Position numbers and translations under genes: made by a program
Assembly (NCBI GenBank): GCA_035362335.1
Contig: DAOSDL010000005.1
Coordinates: 12,708 to 76,707, forward strand
Origin: Bacteroidota bacterium
Lineage (GTDB): Bacteria; Bacteroidota; Ignavibacteria; SZUA-365
Direction of reading: 5' to 3'
Length of the DNA: 64,000 nt
Shown here: positions 26,896-36,233 of the stretch, one piece after another
Layout: each line of letters starts with the position of its first letter
How positions within the stretch are numbered: position 1 is the stretch's first letter
Notes under the pieces: model-generated
What the model was told of the DNA's origin: nothing
Databases searched by the model: none
Seen by the model: only the letters and a program-made list of their open reading frames with translations

Positions 26896-28164
26896 ATGAT
26901 GGACCTGGTGATATACAACGCCTCGCAGGTGGTGACCGTGGCCGCCCACGGTGAGCGCTGCAAGCGGGGACGTGACATGCGGGACATCGGCGTGATCGAA
27001 GACGGCGCCGTGGCGATAAAGGATGGGCGCATCGTGTTCGTGGGTCCGTCCGATGACATCGACATCGCCGACGCCGAACGCAGCATCAACGCCTGGGGAA
27101 AAACCGTGTTGCCCGGCTTTGTCGACAGTCATACGCATCTCGTGTTCGCCGGAGCGCGCGAAGAGGAATGCGCCCGCCGCATCGCGGGAGCCACCTATGC
27201 GGAGATCGCGGCGTCGGGCGGCGGCATCAACACCACGGTGAAGGCCACGCGTGCCGCAACAGCGATCGAACTTATCGAATACGCGCTGCATCGGCTCGAC
27301 AGCTGCCTCGGCTTTGGCAGCACCACGGTTGAGATTAAAAGCGGCTATGGTCTGGACGTGGCCAACGAGATCAAAATGCTCGAGGTCATTGCCGAACTCA
27401 AGCAATTACACGTCGTCGACATCGTACCCACCTTTCTTGGCGCGCATACCATTCCCTTCGATTACAAGGAGCGGCGCGAGGAGTACCTGCGCATGGTACT
27501 GGAGGAGATGCTGCCCGTCGTCGCCGAGCGCCGGCTGGCGGAATACTGCGATGTGTTCGCCGAGCGCGGGGCCTTCAGCATAGACGAGGCCCGCATGATA
27601 TTCGAGCATGCGAAAGCCCTCGGACTCCGTCCGCGCCTGCACGCCGATCAGATCACCGCTGGCGGCGGTTCGGAACTCGCCGCCTCGATGGGTGCGGCCT
27701 CGGCCGATCATCTCGATCATATCAGTCCCGATGGCATCGCCGCAATGCGCGAGGCGGGCACCATCGCCACGCTGCTCCCCGGTGTGTCGCTGTTCCTCGG
27801 TGAACGCATGCCCGACGCGCGCGCATTGATCGACGCCGGCCTGCCGGTGGCGGTGGCCACGGATGCCAATCCCGGTTCGTGCATGAGCGAGAACATTCAA
27901 CTCATGATGAGTCTCGCCTCCCTGCAGATGCGCATGACCATGGAGGAGACGATCACCGCGGTCACACTCAATGCCGCGGCGGCGCTGGATCGCTCGGATC
28001 GTCTCGGCAGTCTCGAAGTGGGCAAGCAGGCGGATGTGCTGATATTCGATGTACCGAATTACCATCGCATCATGTACCATTTCGGTGTGAATCATCTCGG
28101 CACGGTGATCAAGAACGGCAAGGTGGTGCTCGAACGGCATTATGCCGAGGAGCGCCCCGCGTGA
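26896..28164 (+). CDS. hutI: Imidazolonepropionase
   Basis: 422 aa. Amidohydrolase metal-binding motif VDSHTHLVFAG, with HAD...H and a D in GLPVAVATDANPG. Confidence 0.88.
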   Translation: MMDLVIYNASQVVTVAAHGERCKRGRDMRDIGVIEDGAVAIKDGRIVFVGPSDDIDIADAERSINAWGKTVLPGFVDSHTHLVFAGAREEECARRIAGATYAEIAASGGGINTTVKATRAATAIELIEYALHRLDSCLGFGSTTVEIKSGYGLDVANEIKMLEVIAELKQLHVVDIVPTFLGAHTIPFDYKERREEYLRMVLEEMLPVVAERRLAEYCDVFAERGAFSIDEARMIFEHAKALGLRPRLHADQITAGGGSELAASMGAASADHLDHISPDGIAAMREAGTIATLLPGVSLFLGERMPDARALIDAGLPVAVATDANPGSCMSENIQLMMSLASLQMRMTMEETITAVTLNAAAALDRSDRLGSLEVGKQADVLIFDVPNYHRIMYHFGVNHLGTVIKNGKVVLERHYAEERPA

Positions 28165-28282
28165 CGACGCGGGAGCCGAAGCACGCTCACGGATCGTGGG
28201 AAGGCCCGGCAAGAATAAAGTAGCAACGGTGGATTTTTCTTTTCCCTGACATACAACCACCACCAACAGAAGGATGAGAACA

Positions 28283-28948
28283 ATGAAACGCATGATCATG
28301 GCATCGCTCGCACTGCTGTGCGGCATGACCCTGCTTAGCAGTTGTGGCGAAAAGGCCGCCGAGACCAAAGACGCAGCCGGCAGCGCACTGACGGTTGCAC
28401 AGCTCTTTGCCGACCCGACACCGTACGCGGAAAAGGAAGTCACGCTTACCGGCACCGTTACCCACGTGTGCAAGCATGGCGGCAAGCGCCTGCACATCAC
28501 CGACACCAAAACCAACGAACGCATCAAAGTGGAATCGGGCGAGGACATGGCCGCCTTCGCGCGCGAGTTGGAAGGTTCGGATATCGTTGTGACCGGTGTG
28601 CTGCACGAGACGCGCATCGACAAGGCGTATCTTGACGAATGGGAGCAGGAAGTCCGCGATGCCGCAGCCGCCGAGGCGAAGGAAGCCAAGGAAGCGAAGA
28701 AGCAGAGCAAGAAGGGCGCCGAACAGGCCGACGCCGAACACGTGGCGCAGGGTGGCAACGGTGGTCATGTCGAGCCGCAGGGCATGGACGCGGTGAATGA
28801 GAAGCGCGCCGAACTCGAGAAAAGCGGCAAGCCCTATCTCTCGCAGTGGCATCTCGTCGCCAAGAGCTATTCGATGAAGGACGGCTCGGCCGCTCCCGTG
28901 GCCAAGGATGTTCCCGCCGAGGAAGGCCACGAAGGACATCAGCACTGA
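28283..28948 (+). CDS. Hypothetical lipoprotein with an Ala/Glu/Lys-rich middle region and a His-rich C-terminus
   Basis: AAGGA ribosome-binding site, then ATG at 28283 (MKRMIMASLALLCGMTLLSSCGE lipobox). An alternative ATG is at 28274. Confidence 0.6.
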   Translation: MKRMIMASLALLCGMTLLSSCGEKAAETKDAAGSALTVAQLFADPTPYAEKEVTLTGTVTHVCKHGGKRLHITDTKTNERIKVESGEDMAAFARELEGSDIVVTGVLHETRIDKAYLDEWEQEVRDAAAAEAKEAKEAKKQSKKGAEQADAEHVAQGGNGGHVEPQGMDAVNEKRAELEKSGKPYLSQWHLVAKSYSMKDGSAAPVAKDVPAEEGHEGHQH

Positions 28949-28979
28949 TTTCCGAGGGTCCGGCCCGCAAACGCTTCAT

Positions 28980-29012
28980 GGCAGGGAGTCTTCCGGCTCC
29001 CTGCCACGTTCT
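28980..29012 (+). terminator. Hairpin terminator after the lipoprotein gene
   Basis: ggcagggag-tcttccgg-ctccctgcc, followed by a T-containing tail. Confidence 0.4.
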
Positions 29013-29089
29013 TGCCCCGCTCGAAAAGGTAGTGATTGGAGCGGGATGCTCTCCGCACACAGCATGTTCCATCGCAGCACATCCGACGC

Positions 29090-29656
29090 ATGAAACTCTC
29101 GACACGCATACGACTTTGGAATCAGGCCATACACCGCGATCTCGGCTATCTGTTCGCAGGTATGACGATCATTTACGCGCTCTCGGGCATCGCCCTGAAT
29201 CATCTCAAGGAATGGGATCCCAATTACATCATCGAGGCGAAGGACGTGACGTTCGCCGCACCCATCGAAGCGGAAGGATTGACACAGGAAAAGGTCGAAG
29301 CCCTGCTCGCCACCATCGATGAGGACGGGAATTACAAAAAGCATTACATGCCCGAAGAGGGCGTGCTGAAAGTGTTTCTCCACGGAGGATCGGTCACCAT
29401 CGACATGGCCACGGGTGAGGGACTGTTCGAATCCGTCCGTCGCAGGCCGGTATTTTTCGAGGTGAACTTCCTGCATTACAACACTCCCAAGAAGTTGTGG
29501 ACCTGGTACGCCGACATTTTCGCCGGCGCGTTGATCGTGCTCGCGTTGTCCGGCCTGTTCATTCTCAAAGGCAGCAAGGGCATCACACGCCGTGGCGCCT
29601 GGCTCACGTCCATCGGTCTGATCATCCCCGCCATTTTCCTCATTCTCTATCTCTGA
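29090..29656 (+). CDS. PepSY-associated TM-helix-like small membrane protein
   Basis: About 188 aa from MKLSTRIRLWNQAIHRDLGYLFAGMTIIYALSGIALNH, with two terminal TM segments. Confidence 0.5.
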   Translation: MKLSTRIRLWNQAIHRDLGYLFAGMTIIYALSGIALNHLKEWDPNYIIEAKDVTFAAPIEAEGLTQEKVEALLATIDEDGNYKKHYMPEEGVLKVFLHGGSVTIDMATGEGLFESVRRRPVFFEVNFLHYNTPKKLWTWYADIFAGALIVLALSGLFILKGSKGITRRGAWLTSIGLIIPAIFLILYL

Positions 29657-29664
29657 GGTGCGGC

Positions 29665-30594
29665 ATGTCCGACGCGGAAATCGTTCTCTCCACGCATCAG
29701 CTCTCGAAGCGCTTCGGCAAGCGCGATGCGGTGCTGAATCTGAATCTCGAAGTGCATCGCGGCGATGTGTTCGGTTTCCTCGGGCCGAATGGCGCGGGCA
29801 AAAGTACCACCATCCGCATGGCGCTGTCGCTGATTCAGCCCACGGCGGGATCGGTGCGAATATTCGGTGCGGATGTGGCGCGAGACCGCGGCGTGCTCGC
29901 GCGCGTGGGGGGATTGGTGGAGCGCCCGGATTTTTACCTGTATCTCAGCGCGCGCCGCAATCTCGAGATCGTCTCGGCGCTGTATGGCGCGGTGAATCAC
30001 GCGCGCATCGACGAAGTGCTGGACATTGTGGGACTGAGCGATCGCGCGAACGATCGCGTCAAGGCCTATTCACACGGCATGAAGCAACGGCTCGGCATCG
30101 CACAGGCGCTGTTGCCCAATCCGGAGTTTCTCATCCTCGATGAACCCACCAACGGACTCGATCCCCAGGGCATGAAGGAAGTGCGCGAGTTGATCCTGCG
30201 CCTCAACCGCGAACAGGGTATGACCATTCTGCTCTCGTCACATTTGCTCCACGAAATCGAACAGGTGGCCACCCGCATGTGCATACTGCATCGCGGTGAA
30301 CTCGTGGTGCAGGGCAGTGTGGGCGATTTGCTCGGGCGCGACAGTATCGCGGTGCGCATCAGCATGGAGCCGATGGAGGAGGGCATGCAGGTGCTGCGCG
30401 CGATGGAGTGGGTGAGCGATCTGCGCGCGGTGGATGGGCAATGCGCCTGTGCCATGCCCGAGGCGGATCTCGCGCGCACCAATGCCGCGCTGGTGCAGGC
30501 CGGCATCGCCGTTTCGGGTTTCGCGCCGCGTCGCTCGCTTGAGGATTATTTCCTCAGCATCACGGAGGCACCGGAAGGAGGGAAGCAGGCATGA
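29665..30594 (+). CDS. ABC transporter ATP-binding protein
   Basis: Walker A GPNGAGKST, ABC signature loop YSHGMKQRLGIAQAL, Walker B LILDEPTNGLD. Real ATG at 29665. Confidence 0.88.
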   Translation: MSDAEIVLSTHQLSKRFGKRDAVLNLNLEVHRGDVFGFLGPNGAGKSTTIRMALSLIQPTAGSVRIFGADVARDRGVLARVGGLVERPDFYLYLSARRNLEIVSALYGAVNHARIDEVLDIVGLSDRANDRVKAYSHGMKQRLGIAQALLPNPEFLILDEPTNGLDPQGMKEVRELILRLNREQGMTILLSSHLLHEIEQVATRMCILHRGELVVQGSVGDLLGRDSIAVRISMEPMEEGMQVLRAMEWVSDLRAVDGQCACAMPEADLARTNAALVQAGIAVSGFAPRRSLEDYFLSITEAPEGGKQA

Positions 30595-32546
30595 TGTCCA
30601 TACGAATGCAGCGCTTACTGGCGGCGGCTGGCACCGCCACGCTCGCCCTCATCGTGTACATCATCACGCTGGCGCCGTCGGTGGATTTCATCGACGCGGG
30701 TGAGCTGGCGGCTGTGGCGCATAGTTTCGGCATCGCGCACCCCACCGGCTATCCGCTGTTCACCATGCTTGCCGGGGTATGGGCATGGCTGCCGCTCGGC
30801 GATGGCATCGTGCGTTTGAATCTGCTTTCGGCCGTGCTCGCGGCCACGGGTGTCGGCTTTCTCGTGGATGCCCTGTGGATGCTGCTGGGCATGCAGACGA
30901 GAAAAAGCGTCGGCAAGGGCGGGAAAAAAGCCGCAGCCGAGCAACGCGGCAGCTCAAGCGGATGGACGCGTAGCGCCGCCGCCGTGATCGGTGCCCTGGT
31001 CGTAGCGCTATCGCGCACGTACTGGCGCACGGCGCTTTCCATCGAAGTGTACGCCCTGCACATGTGCATGCTTGGTGTGCTGTTCTGGGCGATGCTGCAC
31101 CTGCTGACCGCGCTGTCGCGGGAGGAACAGACGCCGACGGGCACGCGCAACGCGGTACTGCTGTTGGCCTTTCTGCTCGGCCTGTCGTTCAGCAATCACA
31201 TGAGCACGATTTTCCTCTTACCGGGATTGCTGCTGGTATTCGCGCTGCTGCGGTCCAAGGGTCTGCTGCGCGTTCGACTGCTGCTCATGGCGGCGGGGGT
31301 ATTCGTGCTCGGATTGCTACCGTACCTGTACCTTCCGCTGCGCGCGGCGGCGGAGCCGGCGTTGAATTGGGGCAATCCTTCGAGTCTGGAACGTCTGCTC
31401 TGGCATGTGAGCGGCAAGCAGTACAGCGTGTGGATGTTTTCCAGCTCCGATGCCTGGCAGGAGCAATTCTCGAACATCGCCACGCTGCTGCCGCAGTCCG
31501 TGGGCTATGTCGCGCTGCTCCCCGCGCTGTTCGGCGCGGTGCTGCTGTTCCGCAGGCATGCCGTGGTGGCGGGCGGACTGCTGCTGTTTTTCGCGACCTG
31601 CATATTCTGGGCCTCGGGGTATGATATTCACGACATCGATTCCTATTTGCTGCTCGCCATTGTGGTCATCGGCTGCTGGACGGCGGTAGGCATCGATGCC
31701 TTCGTGCGAATGGCTCAGCGGCGATGGTCGCTCGCTCCGCGCTACGGTGTACTGGCGGGGGCACTGTTGATAATACCGCTTGCATTGCACGCTTCCAGCG
31801 TGTCGCAGCGCGGCAATTATCTGGTCGAGGACTACACCAAGGCCATGTTCGCTTCCTTCGAACCCGGCTCCTTGGTGCTGTCGTATCAGTGGGATCACTG
31901 GGTGTCGGCGGCGTTGTATTTTCAAATGGTGGAAGGCTGGCGCCCCGATGTGATCGTACTGGACAAGGAGTTGTTCCGGCGTTCCTGGTATCTCGACCAA
32001 CTGCGTGTGAATCATCCCGATATCTACGAAACGTCGCGTCGCGAAATCGAGGCCTTCCGCGTGCATCTCGACCGCTTCGAACGCGATCTTCCCTACGATC
32101 CAACGGCGATCGAGAACGCATTCAACGCGATGATCAACAGCTTCATCGACAGGCACATGTCGCGCGGTCCGGTGTATCTCACGCTGGAAATCGAACAGCA
32201 ATTTGCACAGGGCTATGTGCGGGTTCCGGAAGGCCTGGCCTTCCGGCTCTTCGCTCCGGATTCGCTTCCCGCGGCTGCCACGCGGAAGTTGCCCGAGCTG
32301 CGCTTCCGTCCGTTCGCCAGCGAGGAGCGCCTGGCGAAGGACATGTGGTCGATGCTCGCTTCGATGCTGGTGAATCACGGCGTGTTTCAGCACAGCAGCG
32401 GGGAATTCGACAGGGCGGACGCGGCCTTCGATGCGGCGCTGCGATATTCGCCCAGGGACGCGCGCATTCTCGAGTGGAAGCGGCGCAATACCGCGGCGAG
32501 GGCGCAGGGCGCGGCGCCGCCAATGCCGGTACCCGGCGCACCCTGA
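30591..32546 (+). CDS. Large polytopic membrane protein (DUF2723 / PMT-like glycosyltransferase-fold N-terminus) with a C-terminal TPR-like region
   Basis: 651 aa with about 11 TM segments. ATGA overlap with the ABC ATPase stop. Confidence 0.65.
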   Translation: MMSIRMQRLLAAAGTATLALIVYIITLAPSVDFIDAGELAAVAHSFGIAHPTGYPLFTMLAGVWAWLPLGDGIVRLNLLSAVLAATGVGFLVDALWMLLGMQTRKSVGKGGKKAAAEQRGSSSGWTRSAAAVIGALVVALSRTYWRTALSIEVYALHMCMLGVLFWAMLHLLTALSREEQTPTGTRNAVLLLAFLLGLSFSNHMSTIFLLPGLLLVFALLRSKGLLRVRLLLMAAGVFVLGLLPYLYLPLRAAAEPALNWGNPSSLERLLWHVSGKQYSVWMFSSSDAWQEQFSNIATLLPQSVGYVALLPALFGAVLLFRRHAVVAGGLLLFFATCIFWASGYDIHDIDSYLLLAIVVIGCWTAVGIDAFVRMAQRRWSLAPRYGVLAGALLIIPLALHASSVSQRGNYLVEDYTKAMFASFEPGSLVLSYQWDHWVSAALYFQMVEGWRPDVIVLDKELFRRSWYLDQLRVNHPDIYETSRREIEAFRVHLDRFERDLPYDPTAIENAFNAMINSFIDRHMSRGPVYLTLEIEQQFAQGYVRVPEGLAFRLFAPDSLPAAATRKLPELRFRPFASEERLAKDMWSMLASMLVNHGVFQHSSGEFDRADAAFDAALRYSPRDARILEWKRRNTAARAQGAAPPMPVPGAP

Positions 32547-32554
32547 AATGGAAG

Positions 32555-32590
32555 CGGCCATTCCCCGGCAAGGGAATGGCCGCTGTGTTT
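32555..32590. terminator. 12-bp-stem hairpin between convergent genes
   Basis: gcggccattccc-cggcaa-gggaatggccgc, then tgtgtttc. Confidence 0.5.
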
Positions 32591-32606
32591 CATACCGCCG
32601 CGTCGA

Positions 32607-32972
32607 TTATTCGGCTTTGCCCGGAATGGGATCCACGGCGTAGCTGGCGACCGCGCGCTCGACGGAGTCGAAGCTCTTGAACACTTTCACAAGCTGCGTG
32701 ATCATGAAGAGACTGTTGATTTTCTCGGTTACGTTGGCAATGCGCATGTCCCCACCCCCATTGTTCACCGTGGCGAGTGCGGAGATCAATGCGCCGAGTC
32801 CGGAGCTGTTCACCCATTTCAGTTTGCCGACGTCGAGCACGATTTTCAGAAAACCGTCACGCACGAGATGCTTGACGGCATCGCGAAGTTCCGTGGTGTC
32901 CGGCTCGCCCATGAGGTTTCCCTTCATCTCGAGAACGACGACGTCCCCGCGGAATTCCTCCTTGATATTCAT
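32607..32972 (-). CDS. STAS-domain anti-sigma-factor antagonist (SpoIIAA-like)
   Basis: ATG at 32972 (MNIKEEFRGDVVVLEMKGNLMG...). AGAGGAA ribosome-binding site. The conserved phosphorylatable Ser region is in NSSGLGALI. Confidence 0.8.
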   Translation of the reverse strand: MNIKEEFRGDVVVLEMKGNLMGEPDTTELRDAVKHLVRDGFLKIVLDVGKLKWVNSSGLGALISALATVNNGGGDMRIANVTEKINSLFMITQLVKVFKSFDSVERAVASYAVDPIPGKAE

Positions 32973-32997
32973 GGTGTTCCTCTGTTGTGAAAAAGAT

Positions 32998-33213
32998 CTA
33001 CTGATTGTGTCGTTTGTTGGATTGCGCGAGTTGCGCGAATTCGCAATTGCCCTGATGGGTGCAGCTGCCACAATGCGCCACTTCGCGGGGCACGGCACCG
33101 AAGCAACGTGGGCATCGGTCCGAGAGCGGATTCAGGATGAGGTAATCGCAGTGGGGACAATGCCGCTGTTCAGAGCGCAATTGTTCTTCATGCGCGCGCA
33201 GTTCGTCGCTCAT
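32998..33213 (-). CDS. Small Cys-rich zinc-ribbon-like protein (71 aa)
   Basis: CPHC...CPRC...CGSC...C pattern. Codon usage is consistent with coding sequence. No clear ribosome-binding site. Confidence 0.35.
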   Translation of the reverse strand: MSDELRAHEEQLRSEQRHCPHCDYLILNPLSDRCPRCFGAVPREVAHCGSCTHQGNCEFAQLAQSNKRHNQ

Positions 33214-33515
33214 GCGTGCGTCGGGGAGTCCAGACGCGCCCGTATGCGTCGGAGGGCTTCAGCCGCATCGATGCGCAATCTCGGTTGTGCGATGCGCAGC
33301 GCTTCGTCCAGCGAAGAGAGCTCGCCCCGCAGGTACAGCCACACATGGTATCCGAGCCGATTCCTGTCGTTCATATCCACTGTCGGGATATCCTCGACAG
33401 CGGCGTATGCCCGCGCTTCCAACGTATGTTCTGGCCATTTCCGTATGCTGGCCGCCATGATCGTGCTCCATTCCTCGCGATGGTCGCGATGGTTCAACCT
33501 CTGTGGACGAAGCAA
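33210..33515 (-). CDS. Hypothetical small protein (about 82-101 aa)
   Basis: ATGA overlap with the downstream zinc-ribbon ORF. GC3-rich codons. No recognisable domain. Confidence 0.25.
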   Translation of the reverse strand: MLRPQRLNHRDHREEWSTIMAASIRKWPEHTLEARAYAAVEDIPTVDMNDRNRLGYHVWLYLRGELSSLDEALRIAQPRLRIDAAEALRRIRARLDSPTHA

Positions 33516-33602
33516 TATGGCAGTTTTTCGGCACTATTTCAACGTGCCTCGCGCACAGCGGCGATGCATGGGACTGTGGAGCAGTGCGGGGATGGCCGGG
33601 TG

Positions 33603-34376
33603 TCACGGATCGAGACGGAATTTCGGATGCAGCAACTCCGCGATGTCCTTGAGGGGGAGGAGGATCTCGGTGGGACCCTGTGCGTAGGAAGCCACCTCGT
33701 AATTGTTGTAGTACAGCAGCAGGCCCTCGTCGGTAAGGGCCATGTTGTCGGGCAGCGTGAAGCGATCCCCGTCGAACCAATAGCCCGCATCACGCAGGGA
33801 TTGCTGATCGGGCACTCCGCGGATCGAGCGGAACGCTTTTTCCGCGAGCCGCAGAAGTTGATCCCGTCCGGAATCGTCGATAAGATGCCGTGGTGAGACG
33901 CTGGAGCCGTCACGGCTGTCGCACATCAGAAGTATGGAAGTGCTGTTGGGATGCGCGCCACCGGAATACACGGATTCATCCAGGCGCAGCGTCACTATGG
34001 AGGAGGATGAGAGGAGCACGCTGGTGGCGCGTTCGAGAAACCAGCCGTTGCCGAGGTCGGGGATTTCCTCGCGTGCGGCGAGGTAAGCCTCGCCCCACGC
34101 TTTGCACAGCGTGGCCGCGTCGGGATAGCCGCTGCCTTCCGAGAACGTGGCGAAGGTCAATGCACGCACCTGCGCCCGAAGGGAATCCGCCACCGCTCCT
34201 TGTCCATCGAAGCGCGGATAGCTCAACGTGATAACGGCGCCGGAGGATTGTTCGCCTCCGCAATCACCGTAGCAGGCGGTGGTGTCGGCAAGTTCGTAGG
34301 AGAAAGATGTTCCGCCATGTGGGGAGCATTGCACGAGGCCGATGGCGAGGCAAAGGGTAATGTAGAAGCGTAGCAT
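33603..34376 (-). CDS. DUF3298/DUF4163 (RsiV/PdaC-like) lipoprotein
   Basis: Lipobox LVQCS. The SGGAHP motif is typical of DUF3298. Confidence 0.68.
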   Translation of the reverse strand: MLRFYITLCLAIGLVQCSPHGGTSFSYELADTTACYGDCGGEQSSGAVITLSYPRFDGQGAVADSLRAQVRALTFATFSEGSGYPDAATLCKAWGEAYLAAREEIPDLGNGWFLERATSVLLSSSSIVTLRLDESVYSGGAHPNSTSILLMCDSRDGSSVSPRHLIDDSGRDQLLRLAEKAFRSIRGVPDQQSLRDAGYWFDGDRFTLPDNMALTDEGLLLYYNNYEVASYAQGPTEILLPLKDIAELLHPKFRLDP

Positions 34377-34505
34377 AACAGATCCCTCCGTTCAAAAAAG
34401 TGAGTAAGGAAGGGATCCGATCGGGTTGCGTGCGGGCACGCAACCCGATCGATGGCGATCGTGAATCTATGTATGGCGGACGGCGTGGGAAAGCCGCCGC
34501 AGGTG

Positions 34506-34965
34506 CTACTTCTTCTTCGAGGCGGCTTTCTTCGGGGCAGCGGCCTTCGGGGCAGCGGCCTTCGGGGCAGCGGCCTTCTTCGGAGCGGCGGCCTTCTTCG
34601 GAGCAGCAGCGGCTTTCGGCGCAGCGGCTTTCTTCGGGGCAGCGGCCTTGGGAGCAGCAGCTTTCTTCGGAGCGGCAGCGGCCTTGGGAGCAGCAGCCTT
34701 TTTCGGAGCAGCAGCGGCCTTGGGAGCAGCGGCTTTCTTCGGAGCGGCAGCGGCCTTGGGAGCAGCAGCTTTCTTCGGAGCGGCAGCAGCCTTGGGAGCG
34801 GCGGCCTTCTTCGGAGCAGCGGCGGCCTTGGGAGCGGCGGCCTTTTTCGGAGCAGCGGCGGCCTTGGGAGCGGCGGCTTTCTTCGGGGCAGCGGCCTTGG
34901 GGGCGGCGGCCTTCTTGGGAGCAGCAGCTTTCGGCGCCGCGGCGGGTTTTGCCGCTACCGTGGCT
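34506..34965. repeat. In-frame tandem nucleotide repeat (15/27/42-nt periodicity) encoding the AAAPKK tail
   Basis: Reiterated units ggcagcggccttcggggcagcggcc / cttcttcggagcggcagcggccttgggagcagcagc. Confidence 0.8.
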
Positions 34966-35534
34966 TCTTTTTTGGTTGCCTTCGCGTCTGCCATTTTGTG
35001 TTTCTCCGCTTTGTGTTTGGGGGTAGTGGATTTACCCTTGGTGGGTGTTGTCGCGTTATTGGTGTTTGCTGTGGTTGCAGAAGTTTCAAACAATGAAGCA
35101 TGGGCGTCCACCGCGCGGAGGCCGCCGGCCATCTTCCGGATAACGTCGTCGGTTTCGTCGGCCACGTAGGCCACCGTGCCGATGGTCATGCGCAATTCAT
35201 TCTTGTCAAGATTCGCGCCGGCGATGCTGTGGCTGAAGACAATCGTGTCGTCGAACAGCAATCCGTACGCACCCACGCTCTGTGTGGCATTCTGCCGCAT
35301 GAGCCATGCGAGTACTTTCGGACCGATTTTCGCGTTCTGCACGACATAGGCGAGGGCGGTGACCATGGATTCGCCGTCGCCCCAGGGACGCACGGACACG
35401 TGCACCGCCGCGGATCCGCGACGGATGATGAACACATCATCGATTTCCTGGACGACATCCTTGTAATGTTTGCCATGAATGTCCTTGAGAAAGGCCTTGA
35501 CCTTGGTACGGGTGGATTTCACTATACTGGCCAT
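34506..35534 (-). CDS. YbjN/DUF2170-like domain protein with a C-terminal histone-H1/AlgP-like Ala-Pro-Lys repeat tail
   Basis: AAGGAG ribosome-binding site, then ATG at 35534. The N-terminal about 160 aa form a globular domain. The C-terminal about 150 aa are made of (A)AAAPKKAAAPKA repeats ending in KKK. Confidence 0.72.
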   Translation of the reverse strand: MASIVKSTRTKVKAFLKDIHGKHYKDVVQEIDDVFIIRRGSAAVHVSVRPWGDGESMVTALAYVVQNAKIGPKVLAWLMRQNATQSVGAYGLLFDDTIVFSHSIAGANLDKNELRMTIGTVAYVADETDDVIRKMAGGLRAVDAHASLFETSATTANTNNATTPTKGKSTTPKHKAEKHKMADAKATKKEATVAAKPAAAPKAAAPKKAAAPKAAAPKKAAAPKAAAAPKKAAAPKAAAAPKKAAAPKAAAAPKKAAAPKAAAAPKKAAAPKAAAAPKKAAAPKAAAAPKKAAAPKAAAPKKAAAPKAAAAPKKAAAPKKAAAPKAAAPKAAAPKKAASKKK

Positions 35535-35564
35535 GCTGCAAGCTCCTTGGAATGATGTCGTGCG

Positions 35565-36233
35565 TTATTCTTTGTTCGCCGCGGCCTTCAGCAGCGCAAG
35601 CTCATCCTCGACGGAACTGCCGGCCTCCAATTTTTTGAACTCGTCATCGAGCGACGTGCTTTCGCCGGCGAGCTCCGAAAAGGCCTCGGCCTCGGATTCC
35701 ACCTTGAGCACTTTCTGCTCGTATTTATCGAAGTTGGCGAAGGCGCCATCGCCGATGCCGGCGAGACTCTGCGAGATCTGCTTCTTCGCTTTCGCCGCCT
35801 GATGCCGCGCGATGAGTGTTCCTTGGCGCACACGGGCCTCGTCGAGCTTGGCCTTGAGCTGATCGAGCTGTTGACGCATGACCACGGAAGCTTTCTTTGC
35901 CTCGGCCAGGGGCGCCTCGATATCGCTCGCAGCGCGGTCGAACATGTTCTTCTTCTCCAGCGCCTGACGGGCGAGATCGTCGCGTCCCGCATTGACGGCC
36001 TTCACCGCGCGTTCGTGCCATTCGCCCGAGAGTTTCTTCTTCTCGGCGTACTGGCGCTCGAGCTGCTTCTCGTTGGCAATGGCGGAGCCCACGGCGGTTG
36101 TCGCCTTGTTCACCGCTTCCTCCATCTCGATGACCATTTGCTTGATCATCTTCTCGGGGTCTTCCGCGCGATCAAGCAAATCGTTGATGTTCGCTTTCAC
36201 CATGTCGGAAATGCGACCGAATATACCTGCCAT
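35565..36233 (-). CDS. pspA: PspA/IM30 (phage-shock protein A / Vipp1) family protein
   Basis: 222 aa coiled-coil. N-terminus MAGIFGRISDMVKANINDLLDRAEDPEKMIKQ matches the family. AGGAGGAA ribosome-binding site. Confidence 0.9.
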   Translation of the reverse strand: MAGIFGRISDMVKANINDLLDRAEDPEKMIKQMVIEMEEAVNKATTAVGSAIANEKQLERQYAEKKKLSGEWHERAVKAVNAGRDDLARQALEKKNMFDRAASDIEAPLAEAKKASVVMRQQLDQLKAKLDEARVRQGTLIARHQAAKAKKQISQSLAGIGDGAFANFDKYEQKVLKVESEAEAFSELAGESTSLDDEFKKLEAGSSVEDELALLKAAANKE

